This document shows, in pieces, positions 1 to 12,729 of a DNA stretch of 35,373 bases (positions within the stretch are counted from its first letter, which is position 1; every line of letters begins with the position of its first letter). Source of the stretch: Nemertoderma westbladi (taxonomy: Eukaryota > Animalia > Xenacoelomorpha); contig JAUCBJ010008650.1 in the NCBI GenBank assembly GCA_032718475.1, positions 1 to 35,373 of the forward strand, written 5' to 3'. Made by a program: the position numbers and the translations under genes. Under the pieces are notes generated by a model. The model made no database searches and had not been told where the DNA came from. It saw only the letters and a program-made list of their open reading frames with translations.

Positions 1-393
1 CGCTGCCTCTGCCGCTTTTGCCTCTGCCGCTGCCTTGGCCGCTGCCGCCTTTCTTTCTGCTTCTGCAACTACTACTGCTGCTTTCTTTCTGTCTTCTATA
101 CGTTTTTTCCTTACTTGTTCTTCCCTTTTTCTAGCGATGCGGAGTTGTTCATCGAATTTAGCTTGGTTCGCAGCTAACCTATCCACATCAATTGCATCCA
201 ACACACGCTGGGCTCCTTCACTATTAGGGCTAAGCCCATCTAGTCTTCTCCGCAACTCTTCATCACCTACGAAACGCTGATAGTCTGACAGATAGATGTC
301 AATGGCATCCCTCTTATGCGGTTTCTCTGCTGTCACTTCGCTCTCGGTTGTATCTAGTAGACTGTCTGACAGATTCTGCTTTGCGTCAGACAT
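1..393 (-). CDS. 5' part of an uncharacterised ORF running off the window edge; Lys/Glu/Ala-rich predicted coiled coil, possibly a retroelement Gag/ORF1 N-terminus
   Basis: ATG at 393 and 131 stop-free codons to position 1: MSDAKQNLSDSLLDTTESEVTAEKPHKRDAIDIYLSDYQRFVGDEELRRRLDGLSPNSEGAQRVLDAIDVDRLAANQAKFDEQLRIARKREEQVRKKRIEDRKKAAVVVAEAERKAAAAKAAAEAKAAEAA. Absent from the ORF track, presumably because it has no stop in the window. No diagnostic motif seen; gag identity is inference. Confidence 0.55.
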   Translation of the reverse strand, partial: MSDAKQNLSDSLLDTTESEVTAEKPHKRDAIDIYLSDYQRFVGDEELRRRLDGLSPNSEGAQRVLDAIDVDRLAANQAKFDEQLRIARKREEQVRKKRIEDRKKAAVVVAEAERKAAAAKAAAEAKAAEAA

Positions 394-479
394 GCTTATG
401 TGTACAGTTGAATGTCTACTGCTGTATTACAGTCTGAGCAAGTCTAGTAACTCAGTATTAACTGCTAGCCTAGTAATTA

Positions 480-775
480 ATTACCGGTACTGCTACTCAG
501 TGTAGCGTGATATATATAATATATTAGAATACCGGTATACTTATAGTATATATAACTATATAAGTATTATTACAGGCTAGGTTTATCACAGAATACCGGT
601 ATAATTTTAGCACAAATATATATAAATATATAATAGGCCTATCGGAATACCGGTATACAGCTTACAGTTTGTAGGATATATAATTCTGAAATAGAATTAA
701 TTACAAGTACCGGTATAATTTCAGCCTAGATTTATAGAAATAAAGATAATAGGCCTATCGTAAATACCGGTATAT
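480..775. repeat. Degenerate ~55-60 bp tandem repeat (about 117-bp dimer) built on TACCGGTA and TAGGCCTA
   Basis: TACCGGTA at 482, 530, 594, 648, 708, 765; the segment TACCGGTATAATTT...ATAATAGGCCTATCG..AATACCGGTATA recurs at 594-657 and 708-774. Confidence 0.7.
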
Positions 776-1740
776 CAATTATTTCAAATAATTGAATTTC
801 TGTTACTTTAGGGTTACTTTGTTACTTTACTTACTTTATTACCGTTATTTAAGCAGTAATCCAACTGATATTGAGACCTAATGGTTGTATGGTAGGCCTA
901 CTATTTATAAATCGTTAGATTTGATTTATAATATATATATACCCGTTTTAATGGGTTTTGTCTATGTTTGAAATAAATGTTATTATTTCTGGGGTAATCA
1001 CTGCACAAAGCGGTGCGCTTTCAGTGAAGTGTTACGTATAGGACACTAAAACAAATAATTCTAATTTACCTAAGTTACTTAATACTACAAATTACGTACA
1101 ATTCGGGTGAGATTACAATCTCTAAATAAACACAAAAATTTACAAAAACACAAATACGAATTTTTAGGGTAATTTTACAAGAAGTCTACAAACCAGCCTA
1201 ACAAAGGGTTAGATAACCGGTTATTACAACGGACTGGGTACTACGGTATTTGAAATAATAAGTAGTAGTAAATACACTGCGTTGTCTAGATAGGAAAATA
1301 CCACCGCCTGACGACCTATAGCCGTATCGCTATAGGTTCTACGTTATGTATCACGGAGTGTTCCTACCTAGAAGTTAATAGAGCTAATCGAATGTGCCTA
1401 TCAACCACTTTACAACACAGATATAATGCCTACACTAATTACTCTCGGAAAGCACTGTACACTAAACCCTAAATTAGGTACGAGTACTTGTACAACAGAT
1501 AATCAGTAGTTAAATATACTTGAACAGCTAAAAGAACCACGGCATCTGCTGGAGTGACCGATGCACAAAATCACCAGTCTTTACCTACGCCGAGCAGCCC
1601 GTGTAGTACCGGGGTTAATTTAACTATAGCGGTATGTATAACAAACACAATTACTGTAGGAACAAACTTGGGGAATGAATGTTGCGGATAATCGCATAAA
1701 CTCTGAATAATAAATATTACGCTACGCGTACAAACTACTC

Positions 1741-2276
1741 AAACAAAATACAGACCGAACACTGACAGACTACTATCAAGCCTAAACAAACTACGGTATA
1801 TACAGACTCCGAAATGATTAGGGAGTATGCGCTCTAACCCAGTAGTGCGACTTATTCTTTAGTTGGGGGTTTACCTTACAGCGTTCGCTGCCCCTACTGC
1901 CTAACCGTACTTAATCGGACAGATGATCTACACACGCGGCAATCCGTTCAGACCTAATAACAGCCAGACAACTATCCAGCCTACAAATTATCTAAATAAA
2001 ATTATACGCTACCCGTACAGACTTACACAAACAAAGTACAGACTAAACGATGGCAGACCACTCTCAAGCCTAAATAAACCACAGGACATGCAGACTCGGA
2101 AATGATTAGGGAGTATGCGCTCTAACCCAGTAGTGCGACTTATTCTTTAGTTGGGGGATTACCTTACAGCGTTCGCTGCCCCTACTGCCTAATCGTACTT
2201 AATCGGACAGGTGATCTACACACACTGCAATTCGTTCGGACTTAACAGCAATCAGACAACAGCTCAGCCTACAAAT
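1741..2276. repeat. 288-bp tandem duplication with a conserved GC-richer core
   Basis: 1741-1988 aligns with 2029-2276 at offset 288; the core GAAATGATTAGGGAGTATGCGCTCTAACCCAGTAGTGCGACTTATTCTTTAGTTGGGGG...TACTTAATCGGACAG is near-identical while the flanks have diverged. Confidence 0.9.
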
Positions 2277-3444
2277 CGTCTGTACTATCTGATCAGGCTT
2301 ACACGCCTTCTGTTCAATACTGGCCTACAAATAAATAAAACTTGACAGAAATAAGTAAACCATATAAAGGTATAAGGGGTGATCAATCCCTAATCCCTCA
2401 AACAGCCTACCGGTATACAACAATCAAATCAAATAATACTAGTGTACTTATACGGATGTACCGGTTAGAACAGTTAGGCCTACTGACCTACAGAATGTAC
2501 CGGTTCAGGTTTACCGGTTGACCGGTACTTTCAACTTTATTGCTTACTGCAACAAAGAAGCTATATCCTTTAATGTTCGCGCTTTCAGACCTTTGGCAGT
2601 TTAACCCGCCAAATTAAGATGTCTTCTAGATATTAAATTGCTTTTTAGCCTATGACAAGTATTTGATTCACTACACTAGTCGAAACCAATCCGTGCGCGA
2701 CCATTCACCCGCTGGATATTCCCGGGAGATTGGGTTCGACGGTTTAATTTTGTTGCTATGTAAGCCTAATGTATTATTCGACTGACAGTATTATATAATC
2801 TCTGACAATATTATTCACCTTCGGTAATATTAACAGTTCCTTTAGGACGTGGCGCTTTATCTACATAAACAGAGTTATGACTTAAACTACTCACAACGAT
2901 ATGGCTTAATTATAATTCACATATATGGCGCATTCTTTAGGAATGCTTCTTTAACAGACTCACTCATACACAATGCTGCACAATACTGCACACTAATCTG
3001 CCGATCTTCACTGATTTTAGTCACATATAAAAGGAACACAGACTGACTCATGTAGGGTCTATCAAATAACATTAGATTCACTTCAAACCACTTTAACATA
3101 AGTCACAATCGTTTATCTGTAACCTTTCTCTCTTACCTTCGGTATATCAAGAATATTGGGTTTCGGGGTTATTTCTCGTTATTCCAAATATAATAATTCA
3201 TCAACCATATTATGAAGAACTGACAGTAAATAGCAGTATAACAATATAAAAGTATGCACAGTATTACACAGTATGCAGTGTATGCAGTACTGCAGTATGC
3301 AGTGATTACGAAATTGCAGAGTGTTTGTTTCGTCAGTTAAAGGATATATGTCCTTGTAATTAAACCTACTAGTGTTGAGCTAAAAAGCATAAAACATAAA
3401 ACACTAAAAGCCGTTCTTTCGTGGCTTTGAAAAACTCGTGACTA

Positions 3445-3676
3445 CTGCTCTATACGAGTATACCAACCACTCTTATTCCACGAAGCTCCCGTTCAACACA
3501 GAGAAAGAGCAGTGAGATAGGAAATTTTCAGTTCAGTACTCTGTGATTGGTCAAAATCAAGGCTAACTCAAAATTCTATTGGGAGATACAAAAACAAGGC
3601 TATGACGCAACCTCCCTAGGCTTGTTGGCCGATTAAACAGAGCCCAGATGCCTGCGTACAGCAAATCAGCCAATAA
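3445..3676 (-). promoter_or_regulatory. Candidate Pol II promoter upstream of the left-edge ORF
   Basis: Three CCAAT/ATTGG boxes (GATTGG ~3545, TATTGG ~3577, AGCCAAT ~3668), TGACGCAA at 3603, and a weak TATA-like TATAGAG on minus at ~3448-3454. Motif evidence only. Confidence 0.3.
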
Positions 3677-3870
3677 GCTGGTAACTTGCACTATTTTTAG
3701 CTGTAGATCACTTTGAGAGTATTCTTAGCGACTGGGGGGGAACTGGCCAACAAGGCAAACGAATCAGTTATCCCACAAAAGCTTTTACAAACGATTTCAT
3801 TGTAAATTACCGTAAGTAATTTAAAAAAACGAAATACGTAATAAGGTTTAACACAAAGCAAATTCATTAG

Positions 3871-5345
3871 TTAGCAAGTCGTTAGACTTGATTACTGTAA
3901 GAATTGTTAGCTGACTGACTGGCTGACTGACTGGCTGACTGACTGGCTGACTGACTGGCTGGCTGATCTACAGCCAAAACTGCTCTAACGATTTTGATGA
4001 AATTTTCACAGCATCTAGATACCGCGATTCTAAGGTCCCTGGCATGATCGGCTACTCCGTCCATAGCCTCTGGGCTCGAAAAATAGAGATAAACGAAAAA
4101 AACGCCATAGGCGCAATGGTAAAATATCACCCATGACAGCTGGTGTCCTGATGAAAAATGGCTTATGTAATGCAATTCTACACAAGGCTTAGTATTAAAT
4201 CGATGAGGTTGCCAAGAGTATTATACTTAGTACACCCATACTGTTTGTTTAGGCCCTGTCAAAGCAAATATAAACTGGTTGGTTTAGTTTGAAATCTATT
4301 ATTGCCTCAGCTGAATAACTCTTCCCAATGCATTCTAGTTGAGTATCCAAGATTCTCCCTCTGCTAATGTAAGCTGAATGACGGTTTAGTACACAGTGTG
4401 TTGGCTACATTAATGCCAACATTATTGCAAAATGTTTTATTGTTGGATTACTCTCTGTCAGTCTCCCCTTCAGAACATTGTATAGGGAATTTACTTTAGT
4501 TTACTCTACTGTGCCATTCAGCTGAATGGATTTGAGCGATTGCCAAGTTACAGAGTTGGATCATTATCTGACCATAGGCAAAGACATCAAATCTTTTTAA
4601 AAATATACTTTTCCATGTTTATTTTTCTGACCAAAAATTTCAAAAAAAAATTTTCGTAGCCAGTACTGCCAATCGATTCGCCATAAAAAATAACGCAAAA
4701 AATTTTTTTGGCAAAATTTTAAATTACTGTAAATTTTTGGCGACTGGGGGGGGTCAATTTTTTTCGATCCGCTATAACTCCAGAACGCGTTGTCCAAATT
4801 CGATGGGGTTTTCATTTTTCAACTTAATTCGATGTCCTCTTTTAGCCTATCCATGTTTCGAAACCCCAAACAGCGCCGTTAAAAAATTAATTTTTTCTAG
4901 TTCTAGAATTTTACAAATTTCAAAAAAGTTGCAGTATTTTATTAACGCCTTTACGGAATTCGATAGCGTTTTCGATTTTTATTTTAAACGCAATATCCTG
5001 AATCTCACTAGCCTAGTTTCGCGTCACCAATGCCAAGACTTCATACTTTTTGAGGAAAATTTTCTAGAATAATTTTTTTTGAATTACATTTATCGCGATT
5101 TCTTATTACTGGTTGCACATGAATTGATGGAGTTTTCAATTTATTAACTAAGCACGATATCGCGCATCGCACCAGCGTGGTTTCGAAAATCCAAAACGAG
5201 GTATTCACTTGTTGCAGGTCGATTATGTCCTAGAATTGAGCAACTAATAATAGATCGAATTTAATAATATTTATTATATGAAATATGATTGTATTTTTAC
5301 ATAATTATTAGTTCTATACTAATTCTTGTTGTCTCTTATTTAAAA
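3871..5345 (+). mobile_element. Non-autonomous Helentron-type element, array unit 1 (family-B 5' end, 'P' body, own 3' terminus missing)
   Basis: Starts TTAGCAAGTCGTTAGACTTG (hairpin CAAGTC-GTTA-GACTTG), then TTACTGTAAGAA and a (CTGA/CTGG)n microsatellite. Body is similar to units 3, 5 and 6. It runs directly into unit 2 where the 3' subTIR would be expected. Confidence 0.7.
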
Positions 5346-5702
5346 TTAGCAAGTCGTTAGACTTGATTACTGTAAGAATTGTTGACTGACTGACTGACTG
5401 ACTGCCCACTGTGGCATTCTAAATGTTTTATACTGTAGGTGATTGACATTGTGCAAGCTGAATGACTGTTAGTTCTTTCAGACCATAGGCAAACATTGTT
5501 GAGGGAATTGTTGAGGTTGAGTTCACTCTACTGTGCCATTCAACTGAATGAATTTGAGCAATTGCCAAATTACAGAGTGGGATCTCTCTGTGACCATAGG
5601 TAAATAGCACTTCCATTCTGACCATAGGTAAACATTGTTAGGGAATTTACATTTGATTGATGACTTCCGACTTGCTTAACGGCGTCTTGACGCCGTCTCT
5701 AG
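5346..5702 (+). mobile_element. Short non-autonomous Helentron-type element, array unit 2 (family B)
   Basis: 5' AGCAAGTCG matches 3' subterminal CGACTTGCT (5668-5676); 3' hairpin ACGGCGTC-TT-GACGCCGT followed by CTAG (5699-5702). Confidence 0.8.
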
Positions 5703-7194
5703 TTAGGAACCGAGAGGTTCATTACTGTAAGAATTGTTGGCTGATTGATTGATTGACTGGCTGGCTGATCTACAGTCAAAACTACTCTAACGATTTTGAT
5801 GAAATTTTCACAGCGGCTAGATACCGCGATTCTAAGGTCCCTGGTATGTTCCGCTATTTCGTCCATGAGCCGTGGGCTCGAAAAATAGACATAAACGAAA
5901 AAACGCCATTGGCGCAATGGTAAAATATCACCAATAACAGCTGGTGTCGTGATGAAAAATGGCTTATGTAATGGATTTCTACACAAGGCTTAGTATAAAT
6001 CGATGAGGTTGCCAAGAATATTGTACTTAGTACACCCATACTGTTTGTTTAGGCCCTAGGACACTCTGTCAAAGCAAATATTAACTGGTTGGTTTAGTTT
6101 GAAATCTAATATCGCCTCAGCTGAATTACTCTTCCCAATGCAATCTATGGAAATATCTCACTCTGCTAATGTAAGCTGAATGACTGTTACGTACACAGTG
6201 TGTTGGCTACATTAATGCCAACATTATTGCAAAATGTTTTATTGTTGGATTACTCTCTGTCAGTCTCCCCTTCAGAACATTGTATAGGGAATTTACTTTA
6301 GTTTACTCTACTGTGCCATTCAGCTGAATGGATTTGAGCGATTGCCAAGTTACAGAGTTGGATCATTCTTTGACCATAGGCAAAGACATCAAATCTTTTT
6401 AAAAATATACTTTTTCCATGTTTTTTTTTCTGACCAAAAATTTCAAAAAAAAATTTTTCTTAGCCAGTACTGCCAATCGATTCGCCATCAAAAATAACGC
6501 AAAAAATTTTTTTTGCAAAATTTTAAATTACTGTAAATTTTTGGCGACTGGGGGGGGTCAATTTTTTTCGATCCGCTATAACTCCGGAACGCTTTGTCCA
6601 AATTCGATGGGGTTTTCATTTTTCAACTTAATTCGATGTCCTCTTTCAGCCTATCCATGTTTCGAAACCCCAAACAGCGCCGTTCAAAAATTAATTTTTT
6701 CTAGTTCTAGAATTTTACAAATTTCAAAAAAGTTGCAGTATTTTATTAATGCCTTTACGGAATTTGATAGCGTTTTCGATTTTTATATTAAACGCAATAT
6801 CCTGAATCTCACTAGCCTAGTTTCGCGTCACCAATGCCAAGACTTCATACTTTTTGAGGAAAATTTTTCTAGAATAATTTTTATTTAATTACATTTATCG
6901 CGATTTCTTAATACTGGTTGCACATGAATTGATGGAGTTTTCAATTTATTAACTAAACACGATATCGCGCATCGCACCAGCGTGGTTTCGAAATTCCAAA
7001 ACGAGGTCTTCACTAGTTGCATGTCGTTTTTGTTCTAGAATTGAGCAACTAATAATTGATTGAATTTATTAATAATTATTGTATGAAATATGATTGTATT
7101 TTTACATAATGATTAGTTCTATATTTATTCTCGTTGTCTCTTTTATTTAAAATAAAAAGTCGGTTCCTTATCGGGCCGCTAGGCCCGTCACTAG
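5703..7194 (+). mobile_element. Non-autonomous Helentron-type element, array unit 3 (family A, P body)
   Basis: 5' TTAGGAACCGAGAGGTTC (hairpin GAACC-GAGA-GGTTC); 3' subTIR TCGGTTCCT, hairpin CGGGCC-GCTA-GGCCCG, then CTAG at 7191-7194. Confidence 0.85.
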
Positions 7195-8033
7195 TTAGGA
7201 ACCGAGAGGTTCATTACTGTAAGAATTGTTAGCTGACTGGCTGGCTGACTGGCTAATCTACAGCCAAAACTACTCTAACGATTTTGATGAAATTTTCACA
7301 GCGGCTGGATACCGCGATTCTAAGGTCCCTGGTATGTTCCGCTATTTCGTCCATGAGCCGTGGGCTCGAAAAATAGACATAAACGAAAAAACGCCATAGG
7401 CGCAATGATAAAAACACCAGCTGGCACTCATGAAAAATGGATAGAGATAGCCTAGTAATGCTATTCTATAGGAATGGCCACCTAACAAGTAAATGCTTTC
7501 TGTGCCAAGTATTATCCTCACTCTACAACTCAGACAGTAAGCAAACAAAAGCCGTGGGATTCTAATGTATTACATCATAAGCTGATTGCTCTCCCAATAG
7601 CCCTCACACACTCAATGAATCGAATGAAATCGAATATCTATTAGCTTAATGGGAATAGCTAGTAAGCTGAATGCCATTTTAGTTATTGCGTACTGTTGAT
7701 TGCAGAGTTGTCTGCTATGTTGTATGTATTTAATTAAAATAATTTTCGTAGAGGGAAGTTAATTTGGGATTACTCTCTATCAGATATAAGCAAAGCTGTT
7801 CAATGGGGTGGGCCATGGGACCCAAATATAGTACATTATGCATGGCAAACATTAATAAAATCATTCAGTCAACCTGGAGGGTATTTGCTTAGTTAACTCT
7901 ACTGTGCGAAAAACGAATTTATAATGTTACCCATACTTCAGGTGAATGAATTTTTAGATATTTGTACTGAAGGCAACGATTTCTGATATAATTAAAATAC
8001 AAGACAGGGGCTTGTTTCGATATATGTAGTTGC

Positions 8034-8270
8034 GCCCTTCTAGCAGCACGTGAGATAATCAAGTAATAGACACAATGTTTGACTTTGTCCCTTCGAGCAG
8101 CACGTGAGTTTTGCTTTGACCCTTCGATATATGTATTTGCGCCCTTCGAGCAGCACGTGAATTACATCAAATAATAGACACATTGTTTGACTTTGTCCCT
8201 TCGAGCAGCACGTGAGTTTTGCTTTGACCCTTCGATATGTTTTTGCGCCCTTCGAGCAGCACGGGGAGTC
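8034..8270. repeat. ~54-bp subrepeat (108-bp dimer) with core CCCTTCGAGCAGCACGTGA
   Basis: Five core copies at ~8035, 8089, 8142, 8197, 8248; the same block recurs at ~13578-13790 in unit 7. Confidence 0.85.
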
Positions 8271-8278
8271 GACTCAGA

Positions 8279-9656
8279 CCGAGCCGAGCCGAGCCGAGCC
8301 GAGCCGAGCCGAGCCGAGCCGAGCCGAGCCGAGCCGTGCCGAGCCGAGCCGAGCCGAGCCGAGCCGAGCCGAGCCGAGCCGAGCCGAGCCGAGCCGAGCC
8401 GAGCCGAGCCGAGCCGAGCCGAGCCGAGCCGAGCCGAGCCGAGCCGAGCCGAGCCGAGCCGAGCCGAGCCGTGCCGAGCCGTGCCGAGCCGAGCCGAGCC
8501 GAGCCGAGCCGAGCCGAGCCGAGCCGAGCCGAGCCGAGCCGAGCCGAGCCGTGCCAAGCCGAGCCAAGCCGAGCCGAGCCGAACCAAGCCGAACCAAGCC
8601 GAGCCGAGCCGAGCCGAACCAAGCCGAGCTGAGCCGAGCCGAGCCGAGCCGAGGCGAACCGAGCCGAGCCGAGCCGAGCTGAGCCGAGCCGAGCCGAGCC
8701 GAGCCATGCCGAGCCGAGCCGAGCCGAGCCGAGCCGAGCCGAGCCGAGCCGAGCCGAGCCGAGCCGAGCCGAGCCGAGCCGAGCCGAGCCGAGCCGAGCC
8801 GAGCCGAGCCGAGCCGAGCCGAGCCGAGCCGAGCCGAGCCGAGCCGAGCCGAGCCGAGCCGAGCCGAGCCGAGAAGAGCCGAGCTGAGCCGAGCCGAGCC
8901 GTGCCGAGCCGTGCCGAGCCGAGCCGAACCGAGCCAAACCGAGCCGAGCCGAGCCAAGCCGAGCCGTGCCGTGCCGAGCCGAGCCGAGCCAAACCGAGCC
9001 AAGCCGAGCCGAGCCGAGCCGAACCAAGCCGAGCCGAGCCGAGCCGAGCCTAGCCGAACCAAGCCGAGCCGAGCCGAGCCGAGCCGAGCCGAGCCGAGCC
9101 GAGCCGAGCCGAGCCGAGCCGAGCCGAGCCGAGCCGAGCCGAGCCGAGCCGAGCCGAGCCGAGCCGAGCCGAGCCGAGCCGAGCCGAGCCGAGCCGAGCC
9201 AAACCGAGCCGAGAGCCTAGCCGAACCAAGCCGAGCCGAGCCGAGCCGAGCCGAGCCGAGCCGAGCCGAGCCGAGCCGAGCCGAGCCGAGCCGAGCCGAG
9301 CCGAGCCGAGCCGAGCCGAGCCGAGCCGAGCCGAGCCGAGCCGAGCCGAGCCGAGCCGAGCCGAGCCGAGCCGAGCCGAGCCGAGCCGAGCCGAGCCGAG
9401 CCGAGCCGAGCCGAGCCGAGCCGAGCCGAGCCGAGCCGAGCCGAGCCGAGCCGAGCCGAGCCGAGCCGAGCCGAGCCGAGCCGAGCCGAGCCGAGCCGAG
9501 AAGAGCCGAGCCGAGCCGAGCCGAGCCGTGCCGAGCCGTGCCGAACCGTGCCGAGCCGAGCCGAGCCGAGCCGAGCCGAGCCGAGCCGAGCCGAGCCGAG
9601 CCGAGCCGAGCCGAGCCGAACCGAGCCGTGCCGTGCCGAGCCGAACCGAGCCGAGC
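8279..9656. repeat. (GAGCC)n pentanucleotide satellite, ~1.4 kb
   Basis: Direct reading; variants GTGCC, GAACC, AAGCC, GAGCT. Confidence 0.98.
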
Positions 9657-9720
9657 TCGTTGTCTCTTTTATTTGAAATAAAAAGTCGGTTCCTTATCGG
9701 GCCGCTAGGCCCGTCACTAG

Positions 9721-11224
9721 TTAGGAACCGAGAGGTTCATTACTGTAAGAATTGCTCGAGACTGGCTGGCTGACTGACTGACTGACTGACTGACTAATCT
9801 ACAGCCAAAACTACTCTAACGATTTTGATGAAATTTTCACAGCGGCTAGATACCGCGATTCTAAGGTCCCTGGTATGTTCCGCTATTTCGTCCATGAGCC
9901 GTGGGCTCGAAAAATAGACATAAACGAAAAAACGCCATAGGCGCAATGGTAAAATAACACCCATGACAGCTGGTGTCGTGATGAAAAATGGCTTATGTAA
10001 TGCATTTCTACGGAAGGCTTAGTAATAAATCGATGAGGTTGCCAAGATTATTATACTCAGTACACCCATACTGTTTGTATAGGCCACCACTCTCTGTCAA
10101 AGCAAACATTATTAACTGGTTGGTTTAGTTTGAAATCTAATATCGCCTCAGCTGAATTACTCTTCCCAATGCAATCTATGGGAATATCTCACTCTGCTAA
10201 TGTAAGCTGAATGACTGCTACGTACACAGTGAGTTGGCTACATTAATGCCAACATTATTGCAAAATGTTTTATTGTTGGATTACTCTCTGTCAGTCACCC
10301 CTTCAGAACATTGTATAGGGAATTTACTTTAGTTTACTCTACTGTGCCATTCAGCTGAATGGATTTGAGCGATTGCCAAGTACAGAGTTGGATCATTCTC
10401 TGACCATAGGCAAAGACATCAAATCTTTTTAAAAATATACTTTTTCCATGTTTTTTTTTCTGACCAAAAATTTCAAAAAAAAATTTTTCGTAGCCAGTAC
10501 TGCCAATCGATTCGCCATCAAAAATAACGCAAAAAATTTTTTTTGCAAAATTTTAAATTACTGTAAATTTTTGGCGACTGGGGGGGGTCAATTTTTTTCG
10601 ATCCGCTATAACTCCGGAACGCTTTGTCCAAATTCGATTGGGTTTTCATTTTTCAACTTAATTAGATGTCCTCTTTCAGCCTATGCATGTTTCCAAACCC
10701 CAAACAGCGCCGTTCAAAAAATAATTTTTTCCAGTTCTAGAATTTTACAAATTTCAAAAAAGTTGCAGTATTTTATTAACGCCTTTACGGAATTCGATAG
10801 CGTTTTCGATTTTTATATTAAACGCAATATCCTGAATCTCACTAGCCTAGTTTCGCGTCACCAACGCCAAGACTTCATACTTTTTGAGGAAAATTTTTCT
10901 AGAATAATTTTTATTTAATTACATTTATCGCGATTTCTTATTACTGGTTGCACATGAATTGATGGAGTTTTCAATTTATTAACTAAACACGATATCGCGC
11001 ATCGCACCAGCGTGGTTTCGAAATTCCAAAACGAGGTCTTCACTAGTTGCAGGTCGATTTTGTTCTAGAATTGAGTAACTAATAATAGATCGAATTTATT
11101 AATAATTATTGTATGAAATATGATTGTATTTTTACATAATTATTAGTTCTATACTAATTCTCGTTGTCTCTTTTATTTAAAATAAAAAGTCGGTTCCTTA
11201 TCGGGCCGCTAGGCCCGTCACTAG
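9721..11224 (+). mobile_element. Non-autonomous Helentron-type element, array unit 5 (family A, P body)
   Basis: Family-A termini, CTAG 11221-11224; colinear with unit 3. Confidence 0.85.
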
Positions 11225-12729
11225 TTAGGAACCGAGAGGTTCATTACTGTAAGAATTGTTAGCTGACTGGCTAATCTATAGCCAAAACTACTCTAACGAT
11301 TTTGATGAAATTTTCACAGCGGCTAGATACCGCGATTCTAAGGTCCCTGGTATGTTCCGCTATTTCGTCCATGAGCCGTGGGCTCGAAAAATAGACATAA
11401 ACGAAAAAACGCCATAGGCGCAATGGTAAAATATCACCAATAACAGCTGGTGTCGTGATGAAAAATGGCTTACGTAATGGATTTCTACACAAGGCTTAGT
11501 ATAAATCGATGAGGTTGCCAATATTATTCACTTAGTACACCAATACTGTTTGTTTAGGCCCTAGGACACTCTGTCAAAGCAAATATTAACTGGTTGGTTT
11601 AGTTTGAAATCTATTATTGCCTCAGCTGAATTACTCTTCCCAATGCGCACTCTATGGGAATATCTCCCTCTGCTAATGTAAGCTGAATGACTTAAGTACA
11701 CAGTGAGTTGGCTACATTAATGTCAACATTATTGCAAAGTTTTATTGTTGGACTCTCTGTCAGTCTCCCCTTCAGAACATTGTATAGGGAATATACTTTA
11801 GTTTACTCTACTGTGCCATTCAGCTGAATGGATTTGAGCGATTGCCAAGTTACAGAGTAGGATCATTCTCTGACCATAGGCAAAGACGTCAAATCTTTTT
11901 AAAAATATACTTTTTCCATGTTTTTTTTTCTGACCAAAAATTTCCAAAAAAAAAATTTTCGTAGCCAGTACTGCGATAAAATAATAGAAAAAATAAAAAT
12001 AAATAGAATAATCGATTCGCCATCAAAAATAACGCAAAAAATTTTTTTTGCAAAATTTTAAATTACTGTAAATTTTTGGCGACTGGGGGGGGTCAATTTT
12101 TTTCGATCAGCTATAACTCCGGAACGCTTTGTCCAAATTCGATGGGGTTTTCATTTTTAAACTTAATTAGATGTCCTCTTTCAGCCTATCCATGTTTCCA
12201 AACCCCAAACAGCGCCGTTCAAAAATTAATTTTTTCCAGTTCTAGAATTTTACAAATTTCAAAAAAGTTGCAGTATTTTATTAACGCCTTTACGGAATTC
12301 GATAGCGTTTTCGATTTTTATATTAAACGCAATATCCTGAATCTCACTAGTCTAGTTTCGCGTCACCAACGCCAAGACTTCATACTTTTTGAGGAAAATT
12401 TTTCTAGAATAATTTTTATTTAATTACATTTATCGCGATTTCTTATTACTGGTTGCACATGAATTGATGGAGTTTTCAATTTATTAACTAAACACGATAT
12501 CGCGCATCGCACCAGCGTGGTTTCGAAATTCCAAAACGAGGTCTTCACTAGTTGCAGGTCGATTTTGTTCTAGAATTGAGTAACTAATAATAGATCGAAT
12601 TTATTAATAATTATTGTATGAAATATGATTGTATTTTTACATAATTATTAGTTCTATAATAATTCTCGTTGTCTCTTTTATTTGAAATAAAAAGTCGGTT
12701 CCTTATCGGGCCGCTAGGCCCGTCACTAG
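11225..12729 (+). mobile_element. Non-autonomous Helentron-type element, array unit 6 (family A, P body)
   Basis: Family-A termini, CTAG 12726-12729; carries a private A-rich ~35-bp insertion near 11975-12010. Confidence 0.85.

Larger units (their letters stand above)
7195..9720 (+). mobile_element. Non-autonomous Helentron-type element, array unit 4 (family A, 'Q' body with GAGCC satellite)
   Basis: Same family-A termini as unit 3 (CTAG 9717-9720); diverges from the P body after ~220 bp; colinear with unit 7. Confidence 0.85.

Noticed and set aside
35-505. Plus-strand ORFs 35-280 and 296-505
   Set aside because: Antisense shadows of the longer minus-strand ORF starting at 393.
3621-3754. 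TGTTGGCC...GGCCAACA as LTR termini
   Set aside because: Only a 10-bp inverted repeat 134 bp apart; no adjacent primer-binding site or polypurine tract recognised.
4140-4165. CTGATGA as a hammerhead ribozyme core
   Set aside because: Sister copies read GTGATGA and there are no supporting stems.
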